Shown here one piece after another: positions 13,355 to 25,858 of a DNA stretch of 64,000 nt. Source of the DNA: Podarcis liolepis (Eukaryota). Position 1 is the first letter of the stretch. Each line of letters starts with the position of its first letter. The position numbers and the translations under genes were made by a program. The stretch lies in NCBI GenBank assembly GCA_965112155.1, contig OZ218105.1. The stretch is one strand, 5' to 3'. The notes under the pieces were generated by a model. The model ran no database searches and was not told the DNA's origin. It saw only the letters and a program-made list of their open reading frames with translations.

Positions 13355-14220
13355 AGTACTAACAGAGCCATCACAAAAGGTAACAAACCTGAATGCAAAA
13401 TCAGATGCTCAATAAAGAAGAGACGTTGTTAGGACTGGCCAATGTATTGATACATCGCCCAGGACGGGTTTGAGAGCCAGAGCACAATGGTATCTTCACC
13501 TGGTGGTATATATGGCACCTTCACCATATATACGGAGGCAGTTTCACCCCAGTACCTCACATGGCTAGGCCTAATGCAGCTTGTCCCTCGCTCCGCTTTT
13601 CAACATTGCAATGTATCACTATATCGCAATGTCTGGTTGGTGATACATGGCTATGCTGAAAAGCTGGTAACGCCCAACCCTAGACATTGTATGACCTCCA
13701 CGTAAGCTTTGTACAAGCATATCAGGCAGTAAGACTGAAGAAAGGGATGGATTAGATAGATCTCTAAGAACTGTTAGACAGTAACAGTTATTAGGAATTT
13801 CTGCAGCTGTGAACCTTGAGTGCAAATAACACGAGAGGAAAGTTAAGAACATGAAACAAAGCCCACTCCAATAACCAGGTAGGATAAGGATCAGAAGGAG
13901 CTATGGTGCTGCTCAGAACTGAAAGGGTGGCAGGGATGGTGTCAGCCAGCAACATAGTCACAGTGGCTAAAACAGAGAGAGGTGGCTGCCACTAGACTTA
14001 TCCTAAGATGATTTGTTTAAAATATGTCTTAAATTGAAATACAGTATTTATTTGAAACAATAAAGTAATTGCTTCATTATGTAAGGACCCCAAAATACCA
14101 TATCTCTTTAAATATTTGTTATAAAAAGCATAAGCAGGCTTTCTCTAGGTTTTGTCATGCAATAATAGAATACTGAATATTGAATAAAGGAAACCAAAGT
14201 CTTGACATTTATGTACTCAC

Positions 14221-16644
14221 CTGATGAATTGCTGCCTCCTCCGTACCTGTGTTAGAATCACCTATAACTAACAAAGGGCCTGGCTTATCAGGAGCCTGTT
14301 GTGGTGTCAGAGTATTGGTACAACTTCCGATTGGAAAAAGGATCTGACTTTTCCGAGAGCCTGAAGTCAGTGAAACCTCATGGCAATAAGACTGAAGAAA
14401 TGCCCGGACTCCATCAATTCCCACAAACTGGGAGATGGGAGCACCATCAAAATGCACACTTCCATTGTCACACAACTGAGAATTTTTCCATCTGCGAAGT
14501 TTGAGTGCCAGTAACACAAGGAGGAAGGCAAGGAACAAGCAAGAGACAAAAGCCACTGCAGTCACCAAGTAGAAGGTGAGATCTGACTGTGGGTCTTCAG
14601 ATACTGGGACGCTGCTCAGATCAGTCAGCATGTCAGGGATGTTGTCAGCCAAGACCACAGTGACAGTGACTGAAGCTGACATTGGAGGCTGCCCATTGTC
14701 CTTGACTAAAACCACCAGGCTTTGCTTGAGGGCATCTTTCTCCAGAAAGAAGCGGGCCGTCCTGATCTCTCCCGTGTGGAGCCCCAGAGTGAAGAGCCCT
14801 GGCTCGGTGGCCTTGATCAGCTGGTAGGAGAGCCAGGCATTCTGGCCAGAGTCCGCATCCACGGCCACCACCTTAGTGACCAGGTAGCCTGGCTCAGAGG
14901 AGCGAGGGGCCAGCTCTATCCCTGTGGAGCCATCAGTGGGAGGGGAGGGGTACAGGATTTGGGGAGCATTGTCATTCTGGTCCAGGATGAAGAGAGTCAC
15001 TGAGACGTTGGAGCTGAGTGATGGAGAACCTCCATCCTGAGCCTTGACTAGGAACTTAATTTCCTGAAACTCTTCATAATCAAAGGAGCTCAAGGCATAA
15101 ACAACCCCAGTTTCAGAATTAATGGAGAGGTATGAGGAGAGAGGGGATGTGCTGATCTGACTTTCAGTGATGGAATATACTATTCTGGAATTCTCTTCCC
15201 AGTCTGGATCACTTGCTTTCAGAGAAAAGACTGAGGCACCTCTTGGATTATTTTCTAGAAGATAAGAGGTGTAGGCTGACTGTAAAAAGAATGGGGGATT
15301 GTCATTTCTGTCTAACAGCTGCAGTGAAATAATTGCAGAGGTTGATAATGTTGGAGTCCCATTATCAGTTGCTGTAACAGGGATATCATAGGTTGCCACT
15401 TGTTCCCTATCAAGGGCTCTGTCTGTCACTAAAGTGTAAAAATTGTCCATTGTTTTCTTTAGTTGGAAAGGAAGGCTATTGGGAATTGAGCACATAACCT
15501 CCCCATTGACTCCTGAATCTTTGTCTTGGACATTTAAAATGGCAATGACAGTTCCAGTTCGTGAATTCTCAGGGACAGAGTTGAGTTCAAAGGTTATTGT
15601 TATTTCAGGTGCGTTGTCATTCAAGTCTGTAACAAGGATCACAACCTTTGATCTGTCACTTAGACCGCCCCCATCCATGGCTTGCACCTCAAATTCATAT
15701 AAGGATGATTCCTCAAAATCAAGATTCCCAGTAAGGATGATTTCGCCAGTTGTGGAATTTAACAGAAACATTTGGGAGTCCCTTTGCGTGATTTTTTGGA
15801 TAGAGTATTTTATGTCTCCATGGATTCCTTCATCCATATCAGTGGCTTGCACCGTAGAAAGTGTGGACCCCTTGGGAATATTCTCATTGACACTCACTTC
15901 ATAAAGAGGTTGACTGAAAACGGGTGCATTGTCATTTGCATCAAGAACAATGATGTGGATTTGTACTGTGCCAGACCTGATGGGATCACCTCCATCAGTA
16001 GCTGTGAGGAGTAGATCATAATCTGGTTGCTCTTCCCTGTCCAGAGGCTTTTCCAATACCAGCTCTGCATGTCTTGCCCCATTTACTCCCATTTGAACAT
16101 CCAGAGAAAAATGGCTACTGCCTGTGAGTTGGTAGCTCTGTATAGAATTTATCCCCAGATCTGGATCCTGAGCTTCAGGAAGAGGGAAGTGGGATCCAGG
16201 TGTAGACAATTCACTGATTTTTAGTTCCCATCCCTTCAGCAGAAAGAAGGGAGCATTATCATTTATATCCATGATTTCTACTTCAACAACATAAAGCTTT
16301 AAGTTGCTCTCAGCAATAACTTGAAATTTTAAGATGCACATTTCTACCCTTCCACAGATTTTCTCTCTGTCTATTCTCTCAGAAGTTTGTAAATAGCCAG
16401 TATTGAAATTCAGTTCAAAATACTGAATCATACCTGTACTAGTTACAATGCGGAGTCCATGGTCCAAAAGCTGCTTCCGATCTATCCCCAGGTCCTTTGC
16501 AATATTCCCCACAAATGAGCTTTTCTGCATCTCCTCTGGAATGGAGTAGTGGATCTGTCCAGAAACTGCCTTCCAAATATTCACCATTACAAGGCATTGT
16601 ATGATTATTTCTTTGTAACTCCAAGGCCTCTGTTTTTCTTCCAT
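14221..16644 (-). CDS. PCDHGA: Protocadherin gamma A-like variable exon (808 codons)
   Basis: ORF 14209..16644; gammaA signatures [29 protein letters not shown] and [21 protein letters not shown]; donor CAG|GTGAGT at 14221/14220. Confidence 0.93.
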
Positions 16645-16814
16645 TTCCTTCCACGAAAAAGAATACTACTAGTTCTTGTTCAAATAGCTTTTATCTGTCC
16701 TTTTTTATTTTTAAAGCCAAACCTGCATCATTTTGTTCCCTGAACTGTCAGTTCCATCCCAGCCTATCTGCAAGAATGGGCAGGCTGGATCGCTCCATGT
16801 GTTAGTCTGCTGGA

Positions 16815-16855
16815 TTGGTGAACAGCGACACCCAGAGTCACAGTGAGAAAATGCA
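16815..16855 (-). promoter_or_regulatory. Pcdh promoter CSE / CTCF site with canonical CGCT box
   Basis: Minus strand TGCATTTTCTCACTGTGACTCTGGGTGTCGCTGTTCACCAA, ~170 bp upstream of ATG 16644. Confidence 0.85.
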
Positions 16856-19800
16856 GGTGCTTCACACTAGAGTTGCGATCATTCTGGTTTTCATCATGAT
16901 TTTTTTTTTGCTGCTTATGCAGAGGTTATTTGATTCAACGTAATAGGACTATATTGCTGCTATTCAATTACCATTATTTTCCAAGACAAACAGCTCCGTG
17001 TGCAAGGTGTACAGTAATATAGCTATGATCCATATATATGAATGGTGATGTTATTTTTAAGTTTCAGGTGTCCTCAAATGTTGCCAACATTATAGCGGAC
17101 TAACGAATTCGTGTCTGTTCCTATATTAAAAATGGGAGAAAAGTATTTGCATTTGCATTGATGGGGGAAGGGGATTGCTGATTATCTTACACTTAGGAGG
17201 CCTAGGGTTTTCTCTTTTTATTCTTGTTTTTGAACTTAAAGCAACAACCCCACACTGGTCACAGTGGTGTGAGGCTCTCTCTCTACAGCTTCTCAGCGGC
17301 TGCATTTTTTGGGAGTGATGGAATGCAACATAGCGTTGTGCCATTCCCAAGGCATTCCAAGAAGTGCATCCTGCAAGAAACGGGAGAGTGCGTTGTGACA
17401 ATTCCCTCCGGCCACACTTCCTGCAGTGCCATAGGTGATACATAGCTGATGCCTCCCCAAGGCATTCCAGGAAGAGCAGCTGATGGGAAGTGGAAAAAGA
17501 GAGCCTTGCACTATTGCTAGCAGTGTGTAGATTTTTTTAAAAAAAGTGAAAAAGCAAGTAAAAATGGGGTGAGAACCTTCAACCACCTCATAATGTTAAG
17601 TAAGGTAAATGAAAACTCCTCTAAACACTTTGGTGAAATTTCCATTCCCTCTACCTTAACAAGAGCAATTTTTCTTTTTGTGGGGTGGGGGCGTTGCAGT
17701 AATTAAAGTGGTGAGCAATTAAAGAAAAAGCTTCATAAAATTAAGACTTAATTTGGCACTATATATATAGGCAAGTCTTCAAGGATTTGTGCCTCTCCTA
17801 AAAGCCTTTCTCTTCTGTCACAGCTCACCTATTCTCTGAAGATGAGGGCATCCAGAGGAGAGCCTCAGAAGCAGATGTCAGTGCTCAGGTAGGATCATAT
17901 AGGATTCCTCTAGACTCCTTTCTCTCTCCAACTTGCATCTGTTTCTCGGACACCTCTGTATTCCCATTTGGTGCCCAAGTTCTTAAGTCTTCACACTGAA
18001 GTGTCTTCATTATGTTCAGAGAAGTGGAATTGTTGTGTCTTATTACTGACAGCTGATATTCATTAACCAATTTAAGTTGTCTCTCTTCAACCAAAAAAGT
18101 AAAGAACTGAATGTCGATTTTAAGAAAGGCCACAATTGTATGTCACAATTCACCCCAGCAGTGTAGGGACCTTCTTCTAAACTGAAAGGAGAGTCCATCT
18201 TGCCTTGTCTGCCTCCTTTAGGCAGCTCCACTCCGACTTGGATCTTTGGTTCAGTCCTAAGGCTGATCCATTTGCTGCCCATTTGTGGAGCAGAAGAGGC
18301 TGCTCTTGCCATTGGTTGTCACAGGCCATTAAACATCTGGGATCAAGACCTCCTCCCCTCAGGGCCCACGGTTCCTCTATTTCCTTAGTGAGTGTCTCCA
18401 ATAAGCTTTCTTTCATGGAACACTTCAATTTCTTCCCTTCCTTATCCTGTGGTTGCACATTACAACTCATTATAATCAGTTCAGTATACCACACTACCGA
18501 ACGGCACCTAATTGAAGCATCTGCCCCACAGTTAAGTCAATGCCATGCAGGTAACAAAATCCTTCCACTACAATCAATCTGATCAAACGATTATGTACCT
18601 TCCAACATTTCTCCAGTGAAAATAGGGACGTGCCTCCTGGCCACCCAAAAGACTTACCAGCTAATCCTAGGTGGATGGACTCTCTGACGGGGCAGGGAAG
18701 AAGTCGGTCCAACAGCCTACTTCAGCCAGATCCAAAGAAGGCTTCCCCACAAGACAGAGCTTGGGCCTAGTCTAAACCGTCTCATCTTCATTTACATGTG
18801 GGCAAAGATGCCCTTCCCTTCAGCAAGAGAGGGAATTCAATGGGACTTGCTCCTAGGTAAGTGTGAATAATCTTTCATTTATTTAGGGTGCTTCTCAAAG
18901 CTGCATTGCAAAAACAAGCTGAAGTTGGCTGAGCATTTTCTTGAGCTTTAAGTTTGACCTCCTCAAAGCGGCTGTTGGGACTCCAAACGGTGTAACGGCA
19001 GATCTCAAGCATGAAGTTAAAAACATCTAGTTATTATAAGTTATTATTGGGGGGGGGGGGAAGGTGTTGGTACTCACCATGAAGTTGTTACATAAGTGCC
19101 ACACTTTTAACATTTGATAATAAAAAGGTGCCGGTACTGCATACACTTGAATATCCCCAGAAAAAAAGCACTCCTTTTATATATAAAAAATTATCATCAG
19201 TGGGCATGCATCTTGGCTACAATTCTAAGAGCAACTATTAGTGTTTCCAAAGGCACATCCAACGGAAAGTTTGACCTTTTTTTAGCTGAACGGTCATTCC
19301 AGTCCATGCCTACCCCACCTCTTGCTCATGCCATATCATAAACTGTTTATGATACTCCTATCAGTTGTTTTTTTAAAAAGAAAGCTTGTCATGTGAGTGA
19401 CGGGGTGCATTAGAAACACAGATCCAAACCTCCTTTGGACGGGCAGAACTACCCATGCTCTTACCAAATAAATTAAAGTATATGGAGTAGAGTGCATTAG
19501 TACCATTCACAATCCACAGAACAAAAAAATAAATTATACATATCTAAAGGAAGACATCAAAAACTGTCAAGACTTGCGTGAATAGCACTGGTTAGATTCA
19601 TTCCGTCTTACACTGCAGAATCAATTCACAAGCATCCAAATGTGTCTACTTCAGAAGTGTGTTAAATTCTGTCCTCCAGTATGATGGAACAATGAAAGTT
19701 AATTGCCCACTTTTCTTATTTCAAATTAGATTTCGTTTTCAACTTTACAAGCATATTGCTTACATAGAATGCAATCCTTTTATTTGATTTTGGCACCTGT

Positions 19801-20304
19801 CATACCTTTTGTTTGTAGAGTGTCAAACACATGTTTTACATTTATTCTTATTTTGCAGGATTTATATACCACTTAATTGTGAAAATTTCTAAGCAATTTA
19901 CAAAAACATAGATAGCACTATATAAAAATAGTAAATAATTTATATTTTCTATAAATACAGTCAGCTTGAAATTTCTTCATTTTAATAAAATAGTTTCACC
20001 ACATTCCCCCCCCCCCCATTCCTCAAGTTAGAAGTTATTGAGAGATTGACTGCTGCCCTTCTTTAAAACTGCTCACAATACCAACAGCATCATAGTACAT
20101 TAAATCACAGCATGTGGCCGACAGTAACTAAGAGGACAATCTTATGCTCCCCTAGGAGGGAGGAGCTTTAGGATTCTGTGAAACTTTCTGGGTTGACAGA
20201 GAGGGAGGTCCCCTTGTGCAGTTGGAGACCTGCCAGAGAAGCTCTGTGCACAGTGTAGGACAAAATAATCATTCCTACATGTTCTGTGTGGCAGGGCCCA
20301 CAAT

Positions 20305-20862
20305 GATAAGAGATCATTGTGGACTTTAGGAAATGTAAACTGAATATTCAGCCACTTATTATTGAGGGGAAGTGTGTGGAACAGGTCTCGGTGTTTCGAT
20401 TTCTGGGAATGGAGTTGAGAGACGACCTAACCTGGGGAGAAAACAGCAAAGACCTGATAAAGAGTGCACAGCAGAGGTTACATTTTCTGAGAATCCTCCA
20501 GAAAAACAATCTCTCAAAGGACCTGTTGATGGCTTTTTCACCATTGCACTGTGGAGAGCGTATTAATTTATGGTCTCTGCGTGTGGTTTGGGAGCTGCAT
20601 GGCCAGGGGAAAAACAATGCTATCCAGGGTTGTAAAGACTGCAGAGAGAATAATTGGGTGCACTCTTCCCACCTTAAATCAAATCTATGCTGCCAGGTGC
20701 CATAAGAAAGCGGCAGAGATAGCGCAGGATAGTACGCACCCCAGAAATGATCTCTTTCAGCTTCTGCCTTCTGGAAGAAGGTATAGGGTTATAAAGGCCA
20801 AGACTAGCCACCTGAGAAACAGTTTCTACGCAAATGCAATTCTGGTTCTAAACGCAGCATAA
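20305..20862 (+). mobile_element. 3' fragment of a non-LTR retrotransposon ORF2 (Rex1/Babar-like C-terminus), frameshifted
   Basis: VDFRK...VEQVSVFRFLG..DDLTW...SAQQRLHFLRIL, then in a second frame ESVLIYGLCVWFG...AERIIG...HPRNDLFQLLPSGRRYR...NSFY; followed by a simple-repeat tail. Confidence 0.8.
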
Positions 20863-20869
20863 GGGGTCT

Positions 20870-20937
20870 CTATAGTATAGTGTATTTTATATTATAGTGT
20901 ATAGTATAGTATAGTATAGTATAGTATAGTATAGTGT
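20870..20937 (+). repeat. (TATAG)n microsatellite, probable LINE tail
   Basis: Pentamer repeat directly 3' of the LINE fragment stop codon. Confidence 0.85.
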
Positions 20938-21458
20938 ATTTTAAAATGGGGTTTCAGAGTTTTTAGGGGTTTTTGAATGTTATATGTACTTTTTCAATTT
21001 CATTGTTCTGTATGGGACAATGTATATCGTATATCGTATAATTAAAATTTGAATTATTTCTATTGGAAGTGAATTCATATAAACATATGTACCACTTACA
21101 GCATATATTAAATTTAAAAAAGGATATGTAAACACTATATTTTCTAAATAAAGAATATTCATTCTGTTATCTGGTAATCACTCACCTTCACTTCTCCTCA
21201 ATATATGAGCCATAAAAGGCTACTCAAACACAGTAGAGGAAACCAACAGAGGTGAATAGAAAAACTCTACAAAAAAACCCCACTGGTGTATGACACTCTT
21301 TAAGTCATACTGTGATTTGACAGCATCTGTTATTACAGAATGATCCTTGCTTGCTTGAAATATAATATTCTTAAACTCACAATAACAGCAAGTAAATTCA
21401 ATAAAATAAACTTATTGGATAAGTCAGCTTACTATATAGTGCAGAAGAAAGAACTCAC

Positions 21459-23888
21459 CATGTCAGTATTCTCCTTTTCAGAACTTAAATTACCTCCACT
21501 GACCATCAAAGAAATGTCAGAGTTGCCATTGCAAAGGATGTTCTCTGCTATTTGGACAGTGGGCTGCAGGAATGTCAGCTCATTCCTCCTGGATTCAGAG
21601 GACAAACAGACCTGGTAGGAATAAGGCAAAGTTCCGTCCTCATAATTGGGTGGGAATATGGCACCAGCCTTTGAATGGGGGTCAGGAATAAAGCACTGAA
21701 GGAAAGTGGGGTTCCTTGACCTTCGAAGCTTCATCAGAATGGTCAGAATCACCGTCACCAGGAACAGAAAGGACACCAAGGTCAAGGCCAATACCAAATA
21801 AAACTGTAGATCAGACTGATACTCTGAGTCATTTGGTTGGGAGTTCATTTCTGGAAGAGCCTCCTGGAAGTTCTCAGCAAACACCAGGCTCAAAGTTGTG
21901 GTGGCTGAGAGAGGAGGATGCCCATTGTCCTTCACCAGGATGACCAGCCTCTGCTTCACTGCATCTCTCTCAAGTAATGCTCGGACTGTTTGCACCTCTC
22001 CTGTGTGGGAGCCAATGCTGAAGAGTGAGGGCTCTGTGGCCTGCAGGAGATGGAAGGAGAGCCAGGCATTGTGTCCAGAATCAGTGTCCACGGCCACCAC
22101 CTTCGTCACCAGATAACCCGACTCAGCTGACCGAGGCACCATCTCAAAGAAAGGGGAGCCCTCTGTTGATTGTGAGGGGTACAGGATCTGCGGAGCGTTA
22201 TCATTTCGATCCAAAACACATACTGTCACTGTGGCACTGCTATTGAGTGGTGGAGAACCTCCATCTTGGGCCTTCACTTGAATCTGAAACTCCCTGAATT
22301 GCTCATAGTCAAAGGAGCGTTGGGCATAGATGATCCCGGTCTCAGAGTTAATGGAGACATAGGAGGAGAGAGGCAGATCCTTGATGTTGCTGTGAAGGAT
22401 GGAGTAAGTGATTCGGGCATTGCGATCCAGATCTGGGTCAGAGGCCTTGATGTGGAAAATTGAAGCTCCAGATGGATTGTTCTCTGGAACATAGGCAGTG
22501 TAGGAAGTTTTTTCAAAGGCTGGTGGGTTATCATTGATATCTGAGATCTGTATTGATATGGTTTTGCGTGTGGAGAGTGGAGGTGAACCTTTGTCTGTGG
22601 CTGTGATTGTAATATTATACTCTGGAGTCCTTTCTCTGTCAAGGGCACCATCTATGAGGAGCTTGAAATAATTGTCCGAAGATGAGACTATCAGGAAAGG
22701 TACAAGTTCCTTCAGGTGACAGGTGACTTCTCCATTCTCCCCAGAATCCCTGTCCTGAACTTTAATGAGAGCAATCACAGCTCCAGATGTGACATCTTCT
22801 GGAACTGGGCTGGACACGGAGGTAAGGATCACATCTGGAGCATTGTCATTCTCATCAAGAACCTCAACCTCCACTTTGCAATGTGCTGCCAATCCTCCTC
22901 CATCACTTGCCTGAATTATCATCACATAATATTGACTCTCTTCAAAATCAACACTTTCTATGAGTGCAATGGTTCCATCTCTGGGATCCAGATGAAATTT
23001 CTGCTCAGCTGTTTTTGAAATGTCACTGAAAGTGTAAGTGATCTCAGCATTTGACCCTTCATCACTGTCAGATGCTTTGACTTGAAGCACAGAGGTTCCT
23101 TTGGGTGCACTCTCCTTCAGGCTCACTTTATAGATTGTCTGGGTGAAAACAGGGGCATTGTCATTAATATCAATAACTGTTACCAATATTTTGGCTGTTC
23201 CGGTTTTTGGAGGTTCTCCACCATCCATGGCTGTAAGGACCATGTGATGCATCTGTTCCTTTTCCCTGTCCAGTTGTTTCTGCAGTATTAATTCTGCATA
23301 TTTGCCACCATCATTGCTGTTTTGAATTTCTAGTTTGAAATATGGAGTTGAGCTCAATTGATAATTCTGGAGGGAGTTCATTCCGATATCATCATCTTCA
23401 GCATTTCCAAGAGCAAATCGAGTTCCTGGCAGAGTAGATTCACTAAATTTAAGCTCAACATTTTCATTCCGAAAATATGGGGCATTGTCATTAATGTCCT
23501 GGATAAAAATATTTATGTGGAAAATATTCAAAGGATTTTGTGCTACAACTTCTAATTTGAGGACACAAGTAGATGATTTACCACAAATCTCTTCCCGGTC
23601 TATTCTCTCATTCACATATAGGTTGCCATTTTGTTCATTCAATTCAAAGAATTGCTTTTCTGAAGAAATACCAAGTTTGCGCTTTGACAGCTCTCTGACA
23701 TCCAACCCCAGATCCTTAGCAAGGTTCCCCACAAAGGAGCCCTGCTCTGCTTCTTCTGGAACTGAATACTGAACCTTCTCAGACACTACCTGGCAGCAGA
23801 ACACAGACCAGAATATGAACAGAAACAGTACTTGCCTCCTGGTGATCTTCCTTTTTCTCTCTGCCTGCTTTACTTCCATCACATCCAT
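21459..23888 (-). CDS. PCDHGB: Protocadherin gamma B-like variable exon, amplified family copy 1 (810 codons)
   Basis: ORF 21432..23888; gammaB tail [16 protein letters not shown]; donor ATG|GTGAGT at 21459/21458. Confidence 0.93.
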
Positions 23889-24119
23889 TGCATTTCCTGA
23901 TTTCTTCCTTCTTTCAGTATAGTTTGCAAGACTCCCAGTACACTTAAGTGAGATGGCACCAATACTGTTCTTTTGAGCTGATCCTTGGGAAACTGAGAGC
24001 TTTCCTTTCTTGAGCAGCTTTTAAAATAAAAGCTTTTCCTTTCTGCTCCACTGATGTGTTAAGAGAGAGAGAGACTGCTCCAAGAGTCTCAGAAATGCTG
24101 AGCCATGGCTGCTCCCACG

Positions 24120-24160
24120 TTGTCCAACAGTGACACTCTGAGTCCACATGGGGAACTGTA
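24120..24160 (-). promoter_or_regulatory. Pcdh promoter CSE / CTCF site (CACT variant)
   Basis: Minus strand TACAGTTCCCCATGTGGACTCAGAGTGTCACTGTTGGACAA, ~230 bp upstream of ATG 23888. Confidence 0.8.
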
Positions 24161-25858
24161 TTTGCCATTTCAATAATGGTACATAGTATCTAATTTCTAA
24201 TGTAGAGAACTGCTTTTGATTTATCCCTTTACCATTGTTTTCAAGTTGTACCCCCCTCAATGGATTATTGATCAGACCTCATAGTTATTCACTCCATTAA
24301 GAACTCTTTTCTGTATGCAGGTCAATGAGACCAGAGTTCCAAATTTCTTTCTTCCATGTTTAATGTGCATTGAAAAAATCTAAATAATATTAAAAAACTA
24401 TCACACGTGATTTTTTAATACATATTCCTATCAGAGGTTCAGCTGGGTAGACCCACATCCTCCTAGCATACTTTTCATTATCCAATTCACACATTAGTAG
24501 AACTTCAGGATAGTCCTTCTAGGACATTGTCAGAAATGGTCACCCAAACAACTTCCCCAAATTTCAGCAAGTTACCATTCATTGTTTTCTTTACGGGAAC
24601 AAAAAACCCCCACATGCCTCATAAAATGTCCCCCAAATGCATCAATTCTTGCTACTGTAGTGTGTTTACAACTCCAACCATGACAGCATATTTTTAATAG
24701 AAAAATACAAGCGACATGTCACCAAAGAGCACTGGAATCAAAACAGCTTACAGTCATGTGACAGAGGAGTAAATAAACTTGCAGTCACATTTCCAGTGTA
24801 GCACCCATTGTAGCAGTGTGGAACTACCTAGAAGAACACACCTTTGGCTGAAGCTGTTTTCATTCATATTACAGGGAGAAAGCAACACACGACACCTTCT
24901 CTGGGGTTCAAAATTCTACTCCTACCTTACACTGGAAATCTCATTAAAATAGAAAATACCCCCCCAACCCTGTTTGTGTGTTGCTGCTGTAGTTCAATAG
25001 CGGATGAAGGTTGCAAATTACAACGAGCATTATGCAACCCATCTTACAATACAATTGCTTGTAAATTTCTTCCCAGAGTCCCCTCACCATTAAATCTCAT
25101 TTTATCATGCTAAAATATACCAACAGCCAAAATAACTCAGCCAATAAAAGGGTTAAGTAAATTCATTATTACTTTTAAAAAAAAAGTCTTGTAGCAATGA
25201 GAATCTCAGTATCAGCTTACTGGTGGGCAGTTGGGTATGTAGTGGAAAGAGGTTATTGGTTGAAAGATGGGAATGAACACTTATTTGTCATAGGATACTT
25301 GGCCCTAGTTTTCATTGAGGCGGCATAACTAAACTTACCAGTAGCAAGGCAGGTGAGGGCTCACATTTATATACTTATTTATTGATAGAGGTTTTTTAAA
25401 CCACCCACTATTTGGAAGTGTACTAAAAATATGAAATAAAAGCCAAATACAACATACTAAGTTAAAACAATTAAGAATGCATTAAATCAGGAACTCACAT
25501 GCTGCACATGAAAATAGGATGATCCTAGCCGTCTCCCTATCTCCCATACATGATAGTTTTCAATATGTAGTGAACTATGTTTTTTATAGATGCCCACAAG
25601 GTTTTGTGAGCCTCCACCAGCAGTCCAAAGTAAGAGACAAAGACAGATCATCTGATGCATCAAGATAAAGATTTGTTGAAAGAAGATACTTCACAGAAGG
25701 ATCACATATAAAGTAATAACTAAAAGAAGGTGGAGCTGAAAGTAATAGAAAGAAGACTGACATAGTTGTGAATATAATGAAAAAGCAGAGGCAGATGAGA
25801 AATATATTCTGATATTAGCAAAACAAAAAATCATGCTAATCTAAAATTATTTGCTCAC

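Noticed and set aside
12740-18800. Possible LTR/ERV remnants at ~12.7-13.9 kb and ~17.2-18.8 kb
   Set aside because: No paired LTRs, primer-binding site or recognisable gag/pol motifs could be confirmed by eye; needs RepeatMasker.
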